Assembly: GCA_039587755.1 (NCBI GenBank)
Contig: JBDHBD010000021.1
Coordinates: 8,027-72,026 of the forward strand
DNA: 64,000 bases
DNA from: Gemmatimonadota bacterium
Lineage (GTDB): Bacteria; Gemmatimonadota; Gemmatimonadetes; Palauibacterales; Palauibacteraceae
Direction of reading: 5' to 3'
In this document: positions 54,441-63,684 of the stretch, in pieces
Numbering within the stretch: position 1 is the stretch's first letter
Layout of the letters: each line of letters opens with the position of its first letter
Position numbers and translations under genes: made by a program
The notes under the pieces: generated by a model
Told to the model about the DNA's origin: nothing
The model's input: only the letters and a program-made list of their open reading frames with translations
Database searches by the model: none

Positions 54441-54922
54441 AACCGTCTCTCGGAAAAACCATAGTGGCGGTCGCCACAACCCTGGTTGTGGTATCGATCA
54501 TCGCTGGCGTGATCCTGGTTGGATCACCGGCCCAAGGCCGCCTCCAGCGACTTGATGCGGGCCGGGTCGAGGACCTCAGGGGGATCATGCTAGCGATGGA
54601 TCTATTCTGGACCCATCACGAGCGCCTGCCAGCATCTCTTGACGAATTGATGGAGGATCCGCGCGTCCAAGTGAACACCGTCGATCCGGGTTCAGCTGAC
54701 TCGTACGAATATTACCTGTTGGATGAGGATACCTACGAACTCTGTGCCATCTTCGATCGCGAGTCGCTCGCGCCAGCGCGCCGGGCACCAGCTGACTTCT
54801 GGAGCCACGGGGTGGGCAGGCGGTGTTTCGAGCTGAGTGTCGATACGAGTGGTCGAGGGGCGGATAGGCAGGGCATCCAGAAAGCGATATCTGCCGTCGG
54901 AGTCAGCTCTCACGAACGATGA
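54437..54922 (+). CDS. hypothetical membrane-anchored protein
   Basis: N-terminal TM anchor (TIVAVATTLVVVSIIAGVILV). RBS AAGGAGG; ATG overlaps the upstream stop (ATGA). Confidence 0.45.
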   Translation: MKPSLGKTIVAVATTLVVVSIIAGVILVGSPAQGRLQRLDAGRVEDLRGIMLAMDLFWTHHERLPASLDELMEDPRVQVNTVDPGSADSYEYYLLDEDTYELCAIFDRESLAPARRAPADFWSHGVGRRCFELSVDTSGRGADRQGIQKAISAVGVSSHER

Positions 54923-54990
54923 CCGGGGTGGGGCTCGGCATCGAAGACACTCCGAGGGCGCGCAGCACCCGCAGGAGCCATCCACGACCT
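54920..54990. repeat. 71-bp dispersed repeat, copy 1
   Basis: ~91% identical to 63197-63267 in the same orientation; begins at the stop codon of the 54437..54922 gene. Confidence 0.6.
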
Positions 54991-55019
54991 ACGGATTAAA
55001 AGTCAGTGCCTAGAAAAGC

Positions 55020-56696
55020 TCAGATACGTTGCTGGTTGGTGGTTTCGCAGAATGTCGGCGGCTCGTACGTCCAGCCCCGACGCAATCGACGCTCCTCACG
55101 CCGCAACATGAAGCCGGCGTACCGGCCGACGAGCGGACCCACCGCGCGAGCCTTGAACCCGAATTCGCGGTAGAAGTCGCGCAGGATCTGCCCGATCTTC
55201 GACTCCAAGACCGGGTCAGCACGAGCCCACCGCCGTGCCGCCCACAGCGCACCTGCGTAACTGACGGCGAGATGACGGGCCTCCCAAGCGAACCGCCTGC
55301 GTATTCGGGCCTCGGAGTGGTCCCGGTACCGCCGCCACCCCTGCAACGTGGTCCGCGCGACCCTCACGATGCTCGGCCCGTTCACCTTGAAGTCGCGTTC
55401 GAACGCCCTTCGGAGGAACTCCGTCTCCTGTCCATCCTTGATGTGGGGGTGGCGGTGGCTGAACCGGAATTGTCCGTGATGGTCCGCCTCGGGGCATTCG
55501 TCGGGATCGACGAGCGTTCCCTTCTCGAGATGCTCGCCAAACAGCGGCGTGCCCCCGACGGGCGTGTACAGCATGAACTGATGAAAGTCCGTGTCGTGAG
55601 CTACCGCGTAGTCGATGGCAGCGTCGATGTTCTCTGGCGTGTGCTCCTCGAGCCCGATGATCGTTGAGCCGAGCACGCGGATGCCGTGGCTCTGCAGCAC
55701 ACGCACCAATTCCTGGGTGTCGATCCCCCTGAGCTTGACATAGTCCGCGCCCTCGCCCTCGAGTCCCATCCAGACCCACGAGATCCCGAGCGCCACCAGC
55801 TGCTCGATCGTATATCGCTGGAGCACGTTGGCCGAGCTGAACGCGTAGAGAGCCCAGGGCTTGTCGTTCTCCGCCATGAGGTCCAGCAGTTGCAGCGCAC
55901 GCTTCCGGTACAACAGGAAGTTCTCGTCCATCACGAAGAACGACCGCACACGCATCGCGTCTTCCAGCTCGCACATTACGTCGAACAGCTCGTCTCCCGT
56001 CTCGTAGAAATGGACGAACTTCCCCTTCCCGCCGAACATCGCTGAGGTCGCGCAGAAGTTGCAGCCCATCGGACAGCCCACGGAAGGAATCAGTGTCGCT
56101 GCGGTGGCGCCGGGTCTGCGCCGGAGGGTGATTCCCATCGTGCGCGCTCCGACGCCGGAGAGGATATGGGGGTGCCTGATCGGGCGGTCTTCGTCTTCCG
56201 AGAGGAAACGCCGCATCCAGCGCACGCCCTCGCCTCGGACGATGTGGTCGGCGTCGATGCGCTCGTCCAGATCGGGCAGGTTCGCGACGTGCCCGCCGAC
56301 CACGATCGTGGCGTCGGGCAGATGCTGACGAACCAGCTCGCACATCTTCCGCACCTTCCCGACGTTGGGCTGGATCGCTCCGATTCCCACGATGTCGTAT
56401 GGGTGCGTGGCGATCTCCTCAATGAAGCGGTCCATCGTCGGGAAATCCAGGAGCGTACAGGGAGCGTCGATATTGTTCTGAATGAGCATCAGCCCCCACG
56501 AGCGGTGGAACATCCGCACGGAGAACGCTCGTTGCTCGCGGGTTACCTGGTTATGGTAGAGCTCCATCGGGTTCAGGGCCCGGCTTCCGTATTCGTCATC
56601 CTGCGCATAGGGCCCGAATACGCTCGTCAGCAACACGCGCGCGTCGGACCGCAAAGGGTGTGGATGCTCGAACGACGCGCTAGCGCTGGAGGTCAT
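55020..56696 (-). CDS. B12-binding-domain radical SAM protein (class B rSAM; DUF4070-like C-terminus)
   Basis: N-terminal cobalamin-binding Rossmann-like region (…IVGIGAIQPN…IVVGGHVANL…) and a CxxxCxxC cluster (SVGCPMGCNFCAT). Confidence 0.75.
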   Translation of the reverse strand: MTSSASASFEHPHPLRSDARVLLTSVFGPYAQDDEYGSRALNPMELYHNQVTREQRAFSVRMFHRSWGLMLIQNNIDAPCTLLDFPTMDRFIEEIATHPYDIVGIGAIQPNVGKVRKMCELVRQHLPDATIVVGGHVANLPDLDERIDADHIVRGEGVRWMRRFLSEDEDRPIRHPHILSGVGARTMGITLRRRPGATAATLIPSVGCPMGCNFCATSAMFGGKGKFVHFYETGDELFDVMCELEDAMRVRSFFVMDENFLLYRKRALQLLDLMAENDKPWALYAFSSANVLQRYTIEQLVALGISWVWMGLEGEGADYVKLRGIDTQELVRVLQSHGIRVLGSTIIGLEEHTPENIDAAIDYAVAHDTDFHQFMLYTPVGGTPLFGEHLEKGTLVDPDECPEADHHGQFRFSHRHPHIKDGQETEFLRRAFERDFKVNGPSIVRVARTTLQGWRRYRDHSEARIRRRFAWEARHLAVSYAGALWAARRWARADPVLESKIGQILRDFYREFGFKARAVGPLVGRYAGFMLRREERRLRRGWTYEPPTFCETTNQQRI

Positions 56697-56773
56697 GCTC
56701 CCGGCTCCGGATCAAGAACGCGGTACCCCGACGGCAGTGGCTCGCGAAATGGGACGAAACCACCTCAGCGAGC

Positions 56774-56992
56774 TTATCCGGTCTCTGCACCGGCGGCCAG
56801 GCACTCCCTCTCCACCGGTGTCGGAGGCGTCGGCCGGCGGTAGGTGCGGAGGACGAAGTCCCACAAAGGCGAGCTCAGCCCGTACTGGGTCGAGGCGTTC
56901 TTGAAATAGTGCTCCACATGGATCCAGAAGGGCAGCGCCAGGACCGCCCCGACGGGCCGGCCCATCACCGGGGGCGCCACCCTGGGGGCCAT
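56774..56992 (-). CDS. small hypothetical ORF upstream of the radical SAM gene
   Basis: 72 aa, same strand, 77 nt upstream of the rSAM start. No RBS was evaluated; could be spurious in GC-rich DNA. Confidence 0.2.
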   Translation of the reverse strand: MAPRVAPPVMGRPVGAVLALPFWIHVEHYFKNASTQYGLSSPLWDFVLRTYRRPTPPTPVERECLAAGAETG

Positions 56993-57098
56993 CCCGGTTC
57001 TCGCCTGCCGTTGAATGGAGTTCTGATTCCTTGCCGCCTCAGTAAGGCGACCTTCATCTTGATGGGTACGCGATGAAGCTGTCCGAAGGAGGTGAGTA

Positions 57099-57596
57099 AT
57101 GCTCTATCGACGAGCTTCTCTGTCCACCTTGACCGTATGCCTGGTCCTCGCCTGCGCTCCTGCCGACGAAGCCGTGGAAGACGTCGTCGCATCGCTGGAA
57201 GCCGATCTGGCCGCGATCGCTGAAGCGGGTCAGCAGCTGGTGGCGTCGATCGATACCGACGATGTCGACGGCATCATGGCCGGACTCACACCCGACCACG
57301 TCACTATGGCGCCGAACGTACCGGCCCTGGCCGGGGAGGAACTGCGTGCCTGGCACGAGAGCCGGGTGGCGGCGGGCACCACGGCCTTCACCCGGACATC
57401 GGAAGAAGTCACCGTGTTAGGCGACTGGGTGTGGGAGCGCTGGAGCAGCCGGATCTCTTACACGCCGCGCGAAGGCGGCGAGGCCGAGGAAGGGGTGGGC
57501 AAGGGGGTCTGGATCTGGCAACGCCAGCCGGACGGTGAATGGATGCTGGCGCGCTCGATCTGGAACAGCGATCTGCCGCGCCCGACCGGCGGATAA
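57099..57596 (+). CDS. NTF2-like/DUF4440-type lipoprotein
   Basis: Lipobox LVLACAP and NTF2-like core (…WIWQRQPDGEWMLAR…). RBS GGAGGTGAG. Confidence 0.5.
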   Translation: MLYRRASLSTLTVCLVLACAPADEAVEDVVASLEADLAAIAEAGQQLVASIDTDDVDGIMAGLTPDHVTMAPNVPALAGEELRAWHESRVAAGTTAFTRTSEEVTVLGDWVWERWSSRISYTPREGGEAEEGVGKGVWIWQRQPDGEWMLARSIWNSDLPRPTGG

Positions 57597-57603
57597 CAGC
57601 TGT

Positions 57604-58182
57604 ATGATGTCATTTCAACGCATCGCTGCAACGCTCTGCTTTGTCGCCAGCCTCGGAATCACTCCTCGGACGGCGGAGCGTGTCGTAGCGCAGGAGGTTC
57701 ACACCATGGAATTCCAGCTCACCTCGGAGGCCTTCTCGGACGGAGATCCGATCCCCGGGGCGTACACGTGTGAAGGCGACGATCTGTCACCCCCGCTGGA
57801 GTGGGAGGGATTGCCCGAGGGCACGGAGAGCCTCGTCCTCATCGTGGACGATCCCGACGCTCCGGATCCCGCTGCCCCGAGGATGACCTGGGTGCACTGG
57901 GTTCTCTATAACATTCCGCCGTCTGCGTCGGGTCTGTCTCGCGGGGTGGCTTCGGCCGATTTGCTGCCCGGCACAAAGGAGGGCCTCAACGACTGGAAGC
58001 GAACGGGCTACGGCGGGCCGTGTCCCCCGGTCGGCCGTCACCGCTACTTCCACAAGCTCTACGCGCTCGACACGAAGCTCCGCGACCTGGGAGCGGCGAC
58101 TAAGTCCGACGTCGAGCGGGCAATGGCCGGTCACATTCTGGCGGAGGCTCAGCTCGTCGGGACGTACCAGAAGGCGCGCTGA
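57604..58182 (+). CDS. YbhB/YbcL-family (PEBP/Raf-kinase-inhibitor-like) protein, secreted
   Basis: …GDDLSPPLEWEG…LIVDDPDAP…WVHWVLYNIP…GYGGPCPP…HRYFHKLYALD… is the PEBP-family signature. Confidence 0.75.
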   Translation: MMSFQRIAATLCFVASLGITPRTAERVVAQEVHTMEFQLTSEAFSDGDPIPGAYTCEGDDLSPPLEWEGLPEGTESLVLIVDDPDAPDPAAPRMTWVHWVLYNIPPSASGLSRGVASADLLPGTKEGLNDWKRTGYGGPCPPVGRHRYFHKLYALDTKLRDLGAATKSDVERAMAGHILAEAQLVGTYQKAR

Positions 58183-58317
58183 GAGGGGACGGCAAAGCCC
58201 CCCCTCTTGGGGCCACACCCCTGGGGCGACTTTCGTTCACCGGGAATTTACGGCTGCGTATCGAAGGCCGACGGTCTGCAGCGTGCCCACATCAACCCGA
58301 AACCCACGACCGTGGCT

Positions 58318-58776
58318 ATGGACATCTATCTCATCCAGCACGGACAAGCCGAGTCCAAGGACAGGGACCCTGCACGGTCTCTTACGCCGAGCGGACGCAG
58401 CGAAGCCATCAGGACCGCCACCCGGGTCGCTGAGCTTGGACTCGAGGTCGGTGCCGTCTGGCACTCAGGAAAGCTCCGTGCGCAAGAAACGGCAGTGATC
58501 TTCGCAGAATCGCTCCGCCCCACCCGGGGCGTGTTCGAACGAGAAGGGTTGGCTCCGCTGGATGATCCCGGGATCATAGCGAGGGAGATTGGAGAGCTCG
58601 AGACCCCGGTGGTGCTCGTCGGTCACCTTCCACACCTGAGCCGTCTCGCTTCGTTATTGGTCACGGGGGACGCTGACTGCGAGATTGTGGCCTTTCGCAA
58701 CGCTGGCATCGTGTGCCTCGGCAGGGAAGATCACAGTTGGCGCGTCAAATGGATAATCGCACCCGACAAGGTGTAG
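58318..58776 (+). CDS. sixA: phosphohistidine phosphatase SixA-like (histidine phosphatase superfamily)
   Basis: MDIYLIQHGQA… RHG catalytic motif; ~150 aa. Confidence 0.65.
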   Translation: MDIYLIQHGQAESKDRDPARSLTPSGRSEAIRTATRVAELGLEVGAVWHSGKLRAQETAVIFAESLRPTRGVFEREGLAPLDDPGIIAREIGELETPVVLVGHLPHLSRLASLLVTGDADCEIVAFRNAGIVCLGREDHSWRVKWIIAPDKV

Positions 58777-58780
58777 CGGA

Positions 58781-59797
58781 TTGCTGGAGATCGACGGGGC
58801 GCTGGGAGAGGGAGGCGGCCAGGTCCTGAGAACCGCGTTGTCGCTCTCCTTGGTAACTGGTCATCCCTTCTGCATTCGCAACATCAGGGCGGGCCGCCCG
58901 AAGCCGGGTTTGCGGCAGCAACACCTCACCGCCGTCAGAGCTGCCGCTCGGATAGGCGGGGCAGAGGTTGAGGGCGATCAGCTTGGCTCGCAGTGCCTGA
59001 GGTTCGTGCCAGGCACGATCCAGCCGGGAGTCTACGAGTTCTCCACGGAGGGCGCTGGCAGCACGACCTTGGTTCTGCAGACTCTTCTTCCCCCTCTGCT
59101 CACGGCAGATGGGAACTCGGCCCTCCTCCTCAAGGGGGGAACCCACAATCCTTTCGCGCCGCCGTTTGACTTCATGGCGAAGACGTTCCTCCCGGCGATT
59201 CAGTGCATGGGACCGGTTGTGCACGCGAGCCTGGAACGCTACGGCTTCTACCCTGCCGGCGGGGGCCGCGCCCGGGTGCGGATCGAACCGTCCAGTTTCC
59301 TCTCTCCACTCAGCCTGGTGGAGCGAGGCCGGGTGGTGCGCGTTGGCGCAACCGCGGTCGTGGCCAAGCTCCCGAAGCACATCGCAGAGCGTGAGCTGAA
59401 CACCCTCCGAGGGATGCTGGACATGTCGCCCGAGAATCTCACGTTGCTCGAGTTGGCCGATGCGCCGGGCCCTGGCAACGTCGTCATGGTCGAGGTCGTC
59501 TGCGAGCAGATCACGGAAGTCTTCACCGGGTTCGGTAGGAGAGGTGTACCGGCCGAGACGGTAGGCGAGGAGGTCGGCCAGCGCACCCGCCACTATCTGG
59601 ACGCCGGAGTGCCCGTCGGGGCACACTTCGCCGACCAGCTCCTCCTGCCTCTGTGCGTCGCCGGCCAGGGGGCATTTCGGACGGTGGAGCTCTCGCTGCA
59701 TGCCCGGACGAACCTGGAGGTCATCACGCACTTCCTGGACACGGATGTCCGAATCTACCCGGAGGCTCGCTCTGCGTGGGTGATCGAGGTCGGCTAG
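58781..59797 (+). CDS. rtcA: RNA 3'-terminal phosphate cyclase
   Basis: …[34 protein letters not shown]… and full-length RtcA pattern including the conserved His (…GTHNPFAPP…). Confidence 0.85.
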   Translation: MLEIDGALGEGGGQVLRTALSLSLVTGHPFCIRNIRAGRPKPGLRQQHLTAVRAAARIGGAEVEGDQLGSQCLRFVPGTIQPGVYEFSTEGAGSTTLVLQTLLPPLLTADGNSALLLKGGTHNPFAPPFDFMAKTFLPAIQCMGPVVHASLERYGFYPAGGGRARVRIEPSSFLSPLSLVERGRVVRVGATAVVAKLPKHIAERELNTLRGMLDMSPENLTLLELADAPGPGNVVMVEVVCEQITEVFTGFGRRGVPAETVGEEVGQRTRHYLDAGVPVGAHFADQLLLPLCVAGQGAFRTVELSLHARTNLEVITHFLDTDVRIYPEARSAWVIEVG

Positions 59798-60003
59798 TTC
59801 CCGAGGCGAGCGAGCAGCGTGCAGAACCTCATTCTGTGACAGCCACCGTGACAGTTCGTCGCAGCCCTTTTGTAGGGTTCTTCCTCACACGCCGATGGGG
59901 TCTTTCCCGACAGGCGCTTCTCTGCCGCAGATGCTATCGTAGAGGCAAGCTGCCTAGAAGCACCCGGATCCGCCGCCCCGCATCGCAGGTGAGGAGCACG
60001 GAC

Positions 60004-60918
60004 GTGGAGATCATCCTTGCGTTGATCGCGATGGGAGGGGCCATGGCCCTCTCGACCAGCCTACGGATCATGCGGGAATACGAACGGGCCGTGGTATTCC
60101 GGCTGGGGCGTGTCCGGCCCATCCGGGGGCCGGGCCTGATCTTCCTCGTGCCCTTTGGGATCGAGCGGAAGACGCGGGTCAGCCTGCGCATCGTTGCACT
60201 GGACATCCCGCCGCAGGACGTGATCACGCGGGACAACGTGTCGGTGAAGGTGAACGCCGTCCTCTATTTCCGGGTCTCGGACCCGTTGAAGGCGATCCTG
60301 GAGATCGAGGACTACTGCTTCGCGACCTCGCAGCTAGCGCAGACGACGCTCCGCTCGGTCATCGGCCAAGCCGAGCTCGACGAGTTACTGGCCGAGCGTG
60401 AAAAGTTCAACGAGATCCTGCGTGAGATCATCGACGAGGGCACCGACGCCTGGGGGGTCAGCGTCACCGCGGTGGAGGTAAAGGACGTGGACCTTCCGCA
60501 CGAGATGAGACGGGCGATAGCGAAGCAGGCCGAGGCCGAGCGCGAACGCCGGGCAAAGGTGATCAATGCGCAAGGTGAGTTACAGGCGGCCGGAAACCTC
60601 CGGGACGCCGCTCGCCTGCTCAGCTCGCAGCCCGCGTCACTCCTGCTTCGCTTTCTTCAGACCGCGTCGCAAATCGCGGTGGAGAAGAACTCCACCACCC
60701 TCTTCCCGCTCCCCATCGATCTGTTCACGCCCCAGGGCCGTCTCTTCGGTAAAACGGAGTCCCCAGAGGCGGAGGCCATCGCGGACATTGAGGAGGAACT
60801 CGCCGAGGCGAAGTCACTGCGCGCCGGCGAGGACCACGGTGCGGTGGAAGTGGATGACCGACGCACGCTCGAGAGCGGCGTCTCTGTAGCGGAATCTGTC
60901 GACGGGGTCGACACGTAG
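60004..60918 (+). CDS. SPFH/band-7 family protein (stomatin-like)
   Basis: Hydrophobic N-terminus then …[14 protein letters not shown]…[10 protein letters not shown]… SPFH core and a coiled-coil tail. GTG 60004 with GAGGAG RBS (alternative ATG 60031). Confidence 0.8.
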   Translation: MEIILALIAMGGAMALSTSLRIMREYERAVVFRLGRVRPIRGPGLIFLVPFGIERKTRVSLRIVALDIPPQDVITRDNVSVKVNAVLYFRVSDPLKAILEIEDYCFATSQLAQTTLRSVIGQAELDELLAEREKFNEILREIIDEGTDAWGVSVTAVEVKDVDLPHEMRRAIAKQAEAERERRAKVINAQGELQAAGNLRDAARLLSSQPASLLLRFLQTASQIAVEKNSTTLFPLPIDLFTPQGRLFGKTESPEAEAIADIEEELAEAKSLRAGEDHGAVEVDDRRTLESGVSVAESVDGVDT

Positions 60919-61030
60919 GAGATTGACCGAGAGGGCGCGCTCGCTGGAGAAGGGAGACCTGCGCGAATAGACAGTGGGCATACTCGATGTCGGGCCGGAG
61001 AGCTCCCAACTACCTGGCCGTGGCCAGGAC

Positions 61031-61351
61031 TCAGTTTTCCCCTCCCTTCGCTGCCCGTACGGTGACCAGCGCGGCCTTACATATGGCTTCGGAGGGTGTT
61101 TCACCCTGGGCCTGGCCGAGCTTGCCATGCCGGAAGAACGTCGCCCGCCACCAGTCCCGGCCCGCGCGGACTCCCTCGTCGGCAAGCTCGAGCCGTATCC
61201 GGTCCTCGCGTAGCTTCCCCACGACCTCCCACGCGTCCTGGAGGTTGCGCGCCGGTGCCCACGTTTCGCGCCAGGCGTTCCAGCCCATGACTTCACGGGC
61301 TACGGCGTCGGTCAGCACGCGCTCCGACAGTTCGTCTAGCTCAGGGGGCAT
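61031..61351 (-). CDS. small protein with phage 'ABA sandwich'-like motif (…AREVMGWNAW…)
   Basis: 106 aa, encoded opposite to both SPFH genes and followed by an AT-richer 400-bp spacer. Family call is from motif memory only. Confidence 0.35.
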   Translation of the reverse strand: MPPELDELSERVLTDAVAREVMGWNAWRETWAPARNLQDAWEVVGKLREDRIRLELADEGVRAGRDWWRATFFRHGKLGQAQGETPSEAICKAALVTVRAAKGGEN

Positions 61352-61759
61352 TTTCTCGCTCGGTCTTAGCTGAATAGCCTGTGTATGCACACCTAATCTA
61401 AAGACTCGCCTACCGTTCAGTCCGCTCGGTGCACGTTGACTGCGTCGGTCCCAGGCCCGAGAGCTGCACTCCAAGTGGACTCGGCTCGCCCTAGCCTGCC
61501 AACCCGCTGGCCGGAGGCTGGGATGGAGGTCGTTCGGATGGGCTCGACGTGTGCTGCAATGCGGTTAGGTTCCTCAGGACCGTTGGCGGGTGTTCCGTCG
61601 TTTTCGTAACTCACAGAGGCCGAGGGGTTATCCAAGATGGAAGAAGCTGAGCTCGCCGGCGATCCCGAGTACGCTGATGACGGCTGTGTGCAGCAGCTTC
61701 ACCAGATGCTGACGGCAGAGCGGTTGTCACGAGAGTAGGCCCGGCCCAAGGGGGAGTAG

Positions 61760-62677
61760 ATGGAAGGCATAGCCGTTACAACTATCGCCCTCGGTGTGCT
61801 GGGCGCGATGCTACTCATGCTCCTGATCTGGGCCGTGCCGGTCCGGCTCTGGATCGCAGCCATCGCCTCGGGGGTGCGGGTGAAGCTCGCGAGCCTGGTG
61901 GGGATGCGCTTACGAAAGGTACGTCCGCCCAGCATAATCCTCCCACTGATAAGCGCGACCAAGGCGGGGTTGAGCCTCGACACCGACGGCCTGGAGGCCC
62001 ACTTCCTCGCGGGTGGCGATGTGGAGCGTGTCGTCAACGCGCTAATCTCGGCGGACAAGGCCAACATCGAGCTCCCATTCCAGCAGGCGGCCGCCATCGA
62101 TCTCGCCGGCCGGGACGTCCTTGATGCCGTTCAGATGTCGGTGAATCCGAAAGTGATCGAGACACCCAAGGTGGCCGCTATGGCCAAAGACGGCATCCAG
62201 CTCATCGCGCTGGCACGTGTCACCATCCGTGCGAATATCAACCGCCTCGTTGGCGGTGCGGGCGTAGAGACGGTCTTGGCGCGCGTGGGGGAGGGGATCG
62301 TCTCGACAATCGGGTCCGCCGAGTCGCACAAGGCGGTGTTGGAGAACCCGGCGGAAATCTCCACGACCGTACTTGCCAAAGGTCTCGACAGCGGGACGGC
62401 GTTCGAGATCCTCTCCATCGATATCGCCGACGTGGACGTGGGGAAGAACATCGGCGCCGAGCTGCAGACCGATCAGGCCGAAGCGGACAAGCGTATCGCG
62501 CAGGCCAAGGCCGAGGAGCGGCGCGCGATGGCCGTAGCCGTGGAGCAGGAGAACCGCGCCCGTGTGGAGGAGGCGCGGGCCGAGGTCGTGAAAGCGGAGG
62601 CCAAGGTGCCGCTGGCGATCGCCCAAGCCTTCCGTCGGGGCAATCTTCGTTTGGAGTATATGGCCGGCGAGTCGTAG
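61760..62677 (+). CDS. floA: flotillin-like protein FloA (UPF0365/YqfA family)
   Basis: Near-colinear match to B. subtilis FloA (…LVGMRLR…[52 protein letters not shown]…[24 protein letters not shown]…). Confidence 0.8.
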   Translation: MEGIAVTTIALGVLGAMLLMLLIWAVPVRLWIAAIASGVRVKLASLVGMRLRKVRPPSIILPLISATKAGLSLDTDGLEAHFLAGGDVERVVNALISADKANIELPFQQAAAIDLAGRDVLDAVQMSVNPKVIETPKVAAMAKDGIQLIALARVTIRANINRLVGGAGVETVLARVGEGIVSTIGSAESHKAVLENPAEISTTVLAKGLDSGTAFEILSIDIADVDVGKNIGAELQTDQAEADKRIAQAKAEERRAMAVAVEQENRARVEEARAEVVKAEAKVPLAIAQAFRRGNLRLEYMAGES

Positions 62678-62757
62678 GCGAGAGACCGCTCCCCGGCCTA
62701 CGCCGTCTCCCACGCCCGGCTTTTCCTGGGCGACAGGGTTAGGATTGCCAGTAGGTC

Positions 62758-63108
62758 ATGATCGAAGGAGTCAGTGCTCTGGCGAAAACGATCTTCATCA
62801 GCGGTGATGGAGCATTCGAGATCGACGGCCGCACCTACCGGATACCCGAGCAGTTCTCGATCAGGGAGGTGCTGAGTTACCGGACACTTATTGCACCGGT
62901 CCCGGACATCCCGGGCGGGACGACACTGACCGCCAAGCAGCGGGCTGCCACAGAGACATTCCTGCTCCGGCGGGCGGTCGCTTGCGTGATCCCGGGCTTT
63001 CGGATGAGTGTCACCGAGTCGCTCTCGCCCACTCAGCTGCAGAGCATCGGCCGGTGGATCGCTCGCCATCGGCCGGCACTCTCCGACCGGCGACCGCTGC
63101 ACGCCTGA
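62758..63108 (+). CDS. hypothetical protein (weak resemblance to phage tail-assembly-chaperone-like proteins)
   Basis: 116 aa; …ISGDGAFEIDGRTYRIPEQFSIREVL… pattern; low confidence. Confidence 0.3.
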   Translation: MIEGVSALAKTIFISGDGAFEIDGRTYRIPEQFSIREVLSYRTLIAPVPDIPGGTTLTAKQRAATETFLLRRAVACVIPGFRMSVTESLSPTQLQSIGRWIARHRPALSDRRPLHA

Positions 63109-63196
63109 CAACCGACCCCCACTTCTTACCCCACCTGAGGCGAGACCGGCTGCGGGCAATGGCCGCAAGATCGGGTGACGACTTCGGTTACAGCAG

Positions 63197-63267
63197 TGAC
63201 CGCGGTGGGGCTCGGCGTCGAAGACACTCCGAGGACGCGCAGCGTCCGCAGGAGCCACCCACGACCT
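63197..63267. repeat. 71-bp dispersed repeat, copy 2
   Basis: ~91% identical to 54920-54990. Confidence 0.6.
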
Positions 63268-63645
63268 CGGGTGCAGATTCGGGGCACCCCCGCCCGGTGG
63301 GCCTCGCTCCAAGAGCGCAGGGCCTGAGGCCACATCTCAGGCGGTTCTGGCCGCTCTTCTCCCCTGTCACGCCAGAGCATCACCGCTACGAACGCGAAGA
63401 CCAAGACGACCACGACGCTCGGCCACATGGGGACGACGGTCTCGTGGACGACGAAACCCCAACCGAAGATAAGAGGGCGCAGATGTCCCAGCGTGATCAA
63501 ACCGAGCATGACTGGTTCTTCCCCTTTTCCAGCTCCCCAGATACGAACATTGCTTCTGGATCAGTTTTCGAGGGGCAGGTCAGTCGTGCGTAACCGCCCA
63601 AATGTCGGTTGACGTGAGCAGGTTATGACCCCAGTATAGTCAATA

Positions 63646-63657
63646 ATTCAATTGAAT
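63646..63657. promoter_or_regulatory. perfect palindrome ATTCAATTGAAT in an AT-rich island 30 nt upstream of the ArsR-like gene
   Basis: Read directly; flanked by partially symmetric AATA…ATTT. Confidence 0.45.
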
Positions 63658-63684
63658 ATTTTAATAGCTTGTGAGTCAGGTGCT

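Noticed and set aside
63126-63509. 127-aa minus-strand ORF with hydrophobic N-terminus
   Set aside because: Its C-terminal half is encoded by the 71-bp dispersed repeat (copy 2), which is non-coding at copy 1. It could be a ~60-aa membrane peptide, but that is unsupported, so it was not called.
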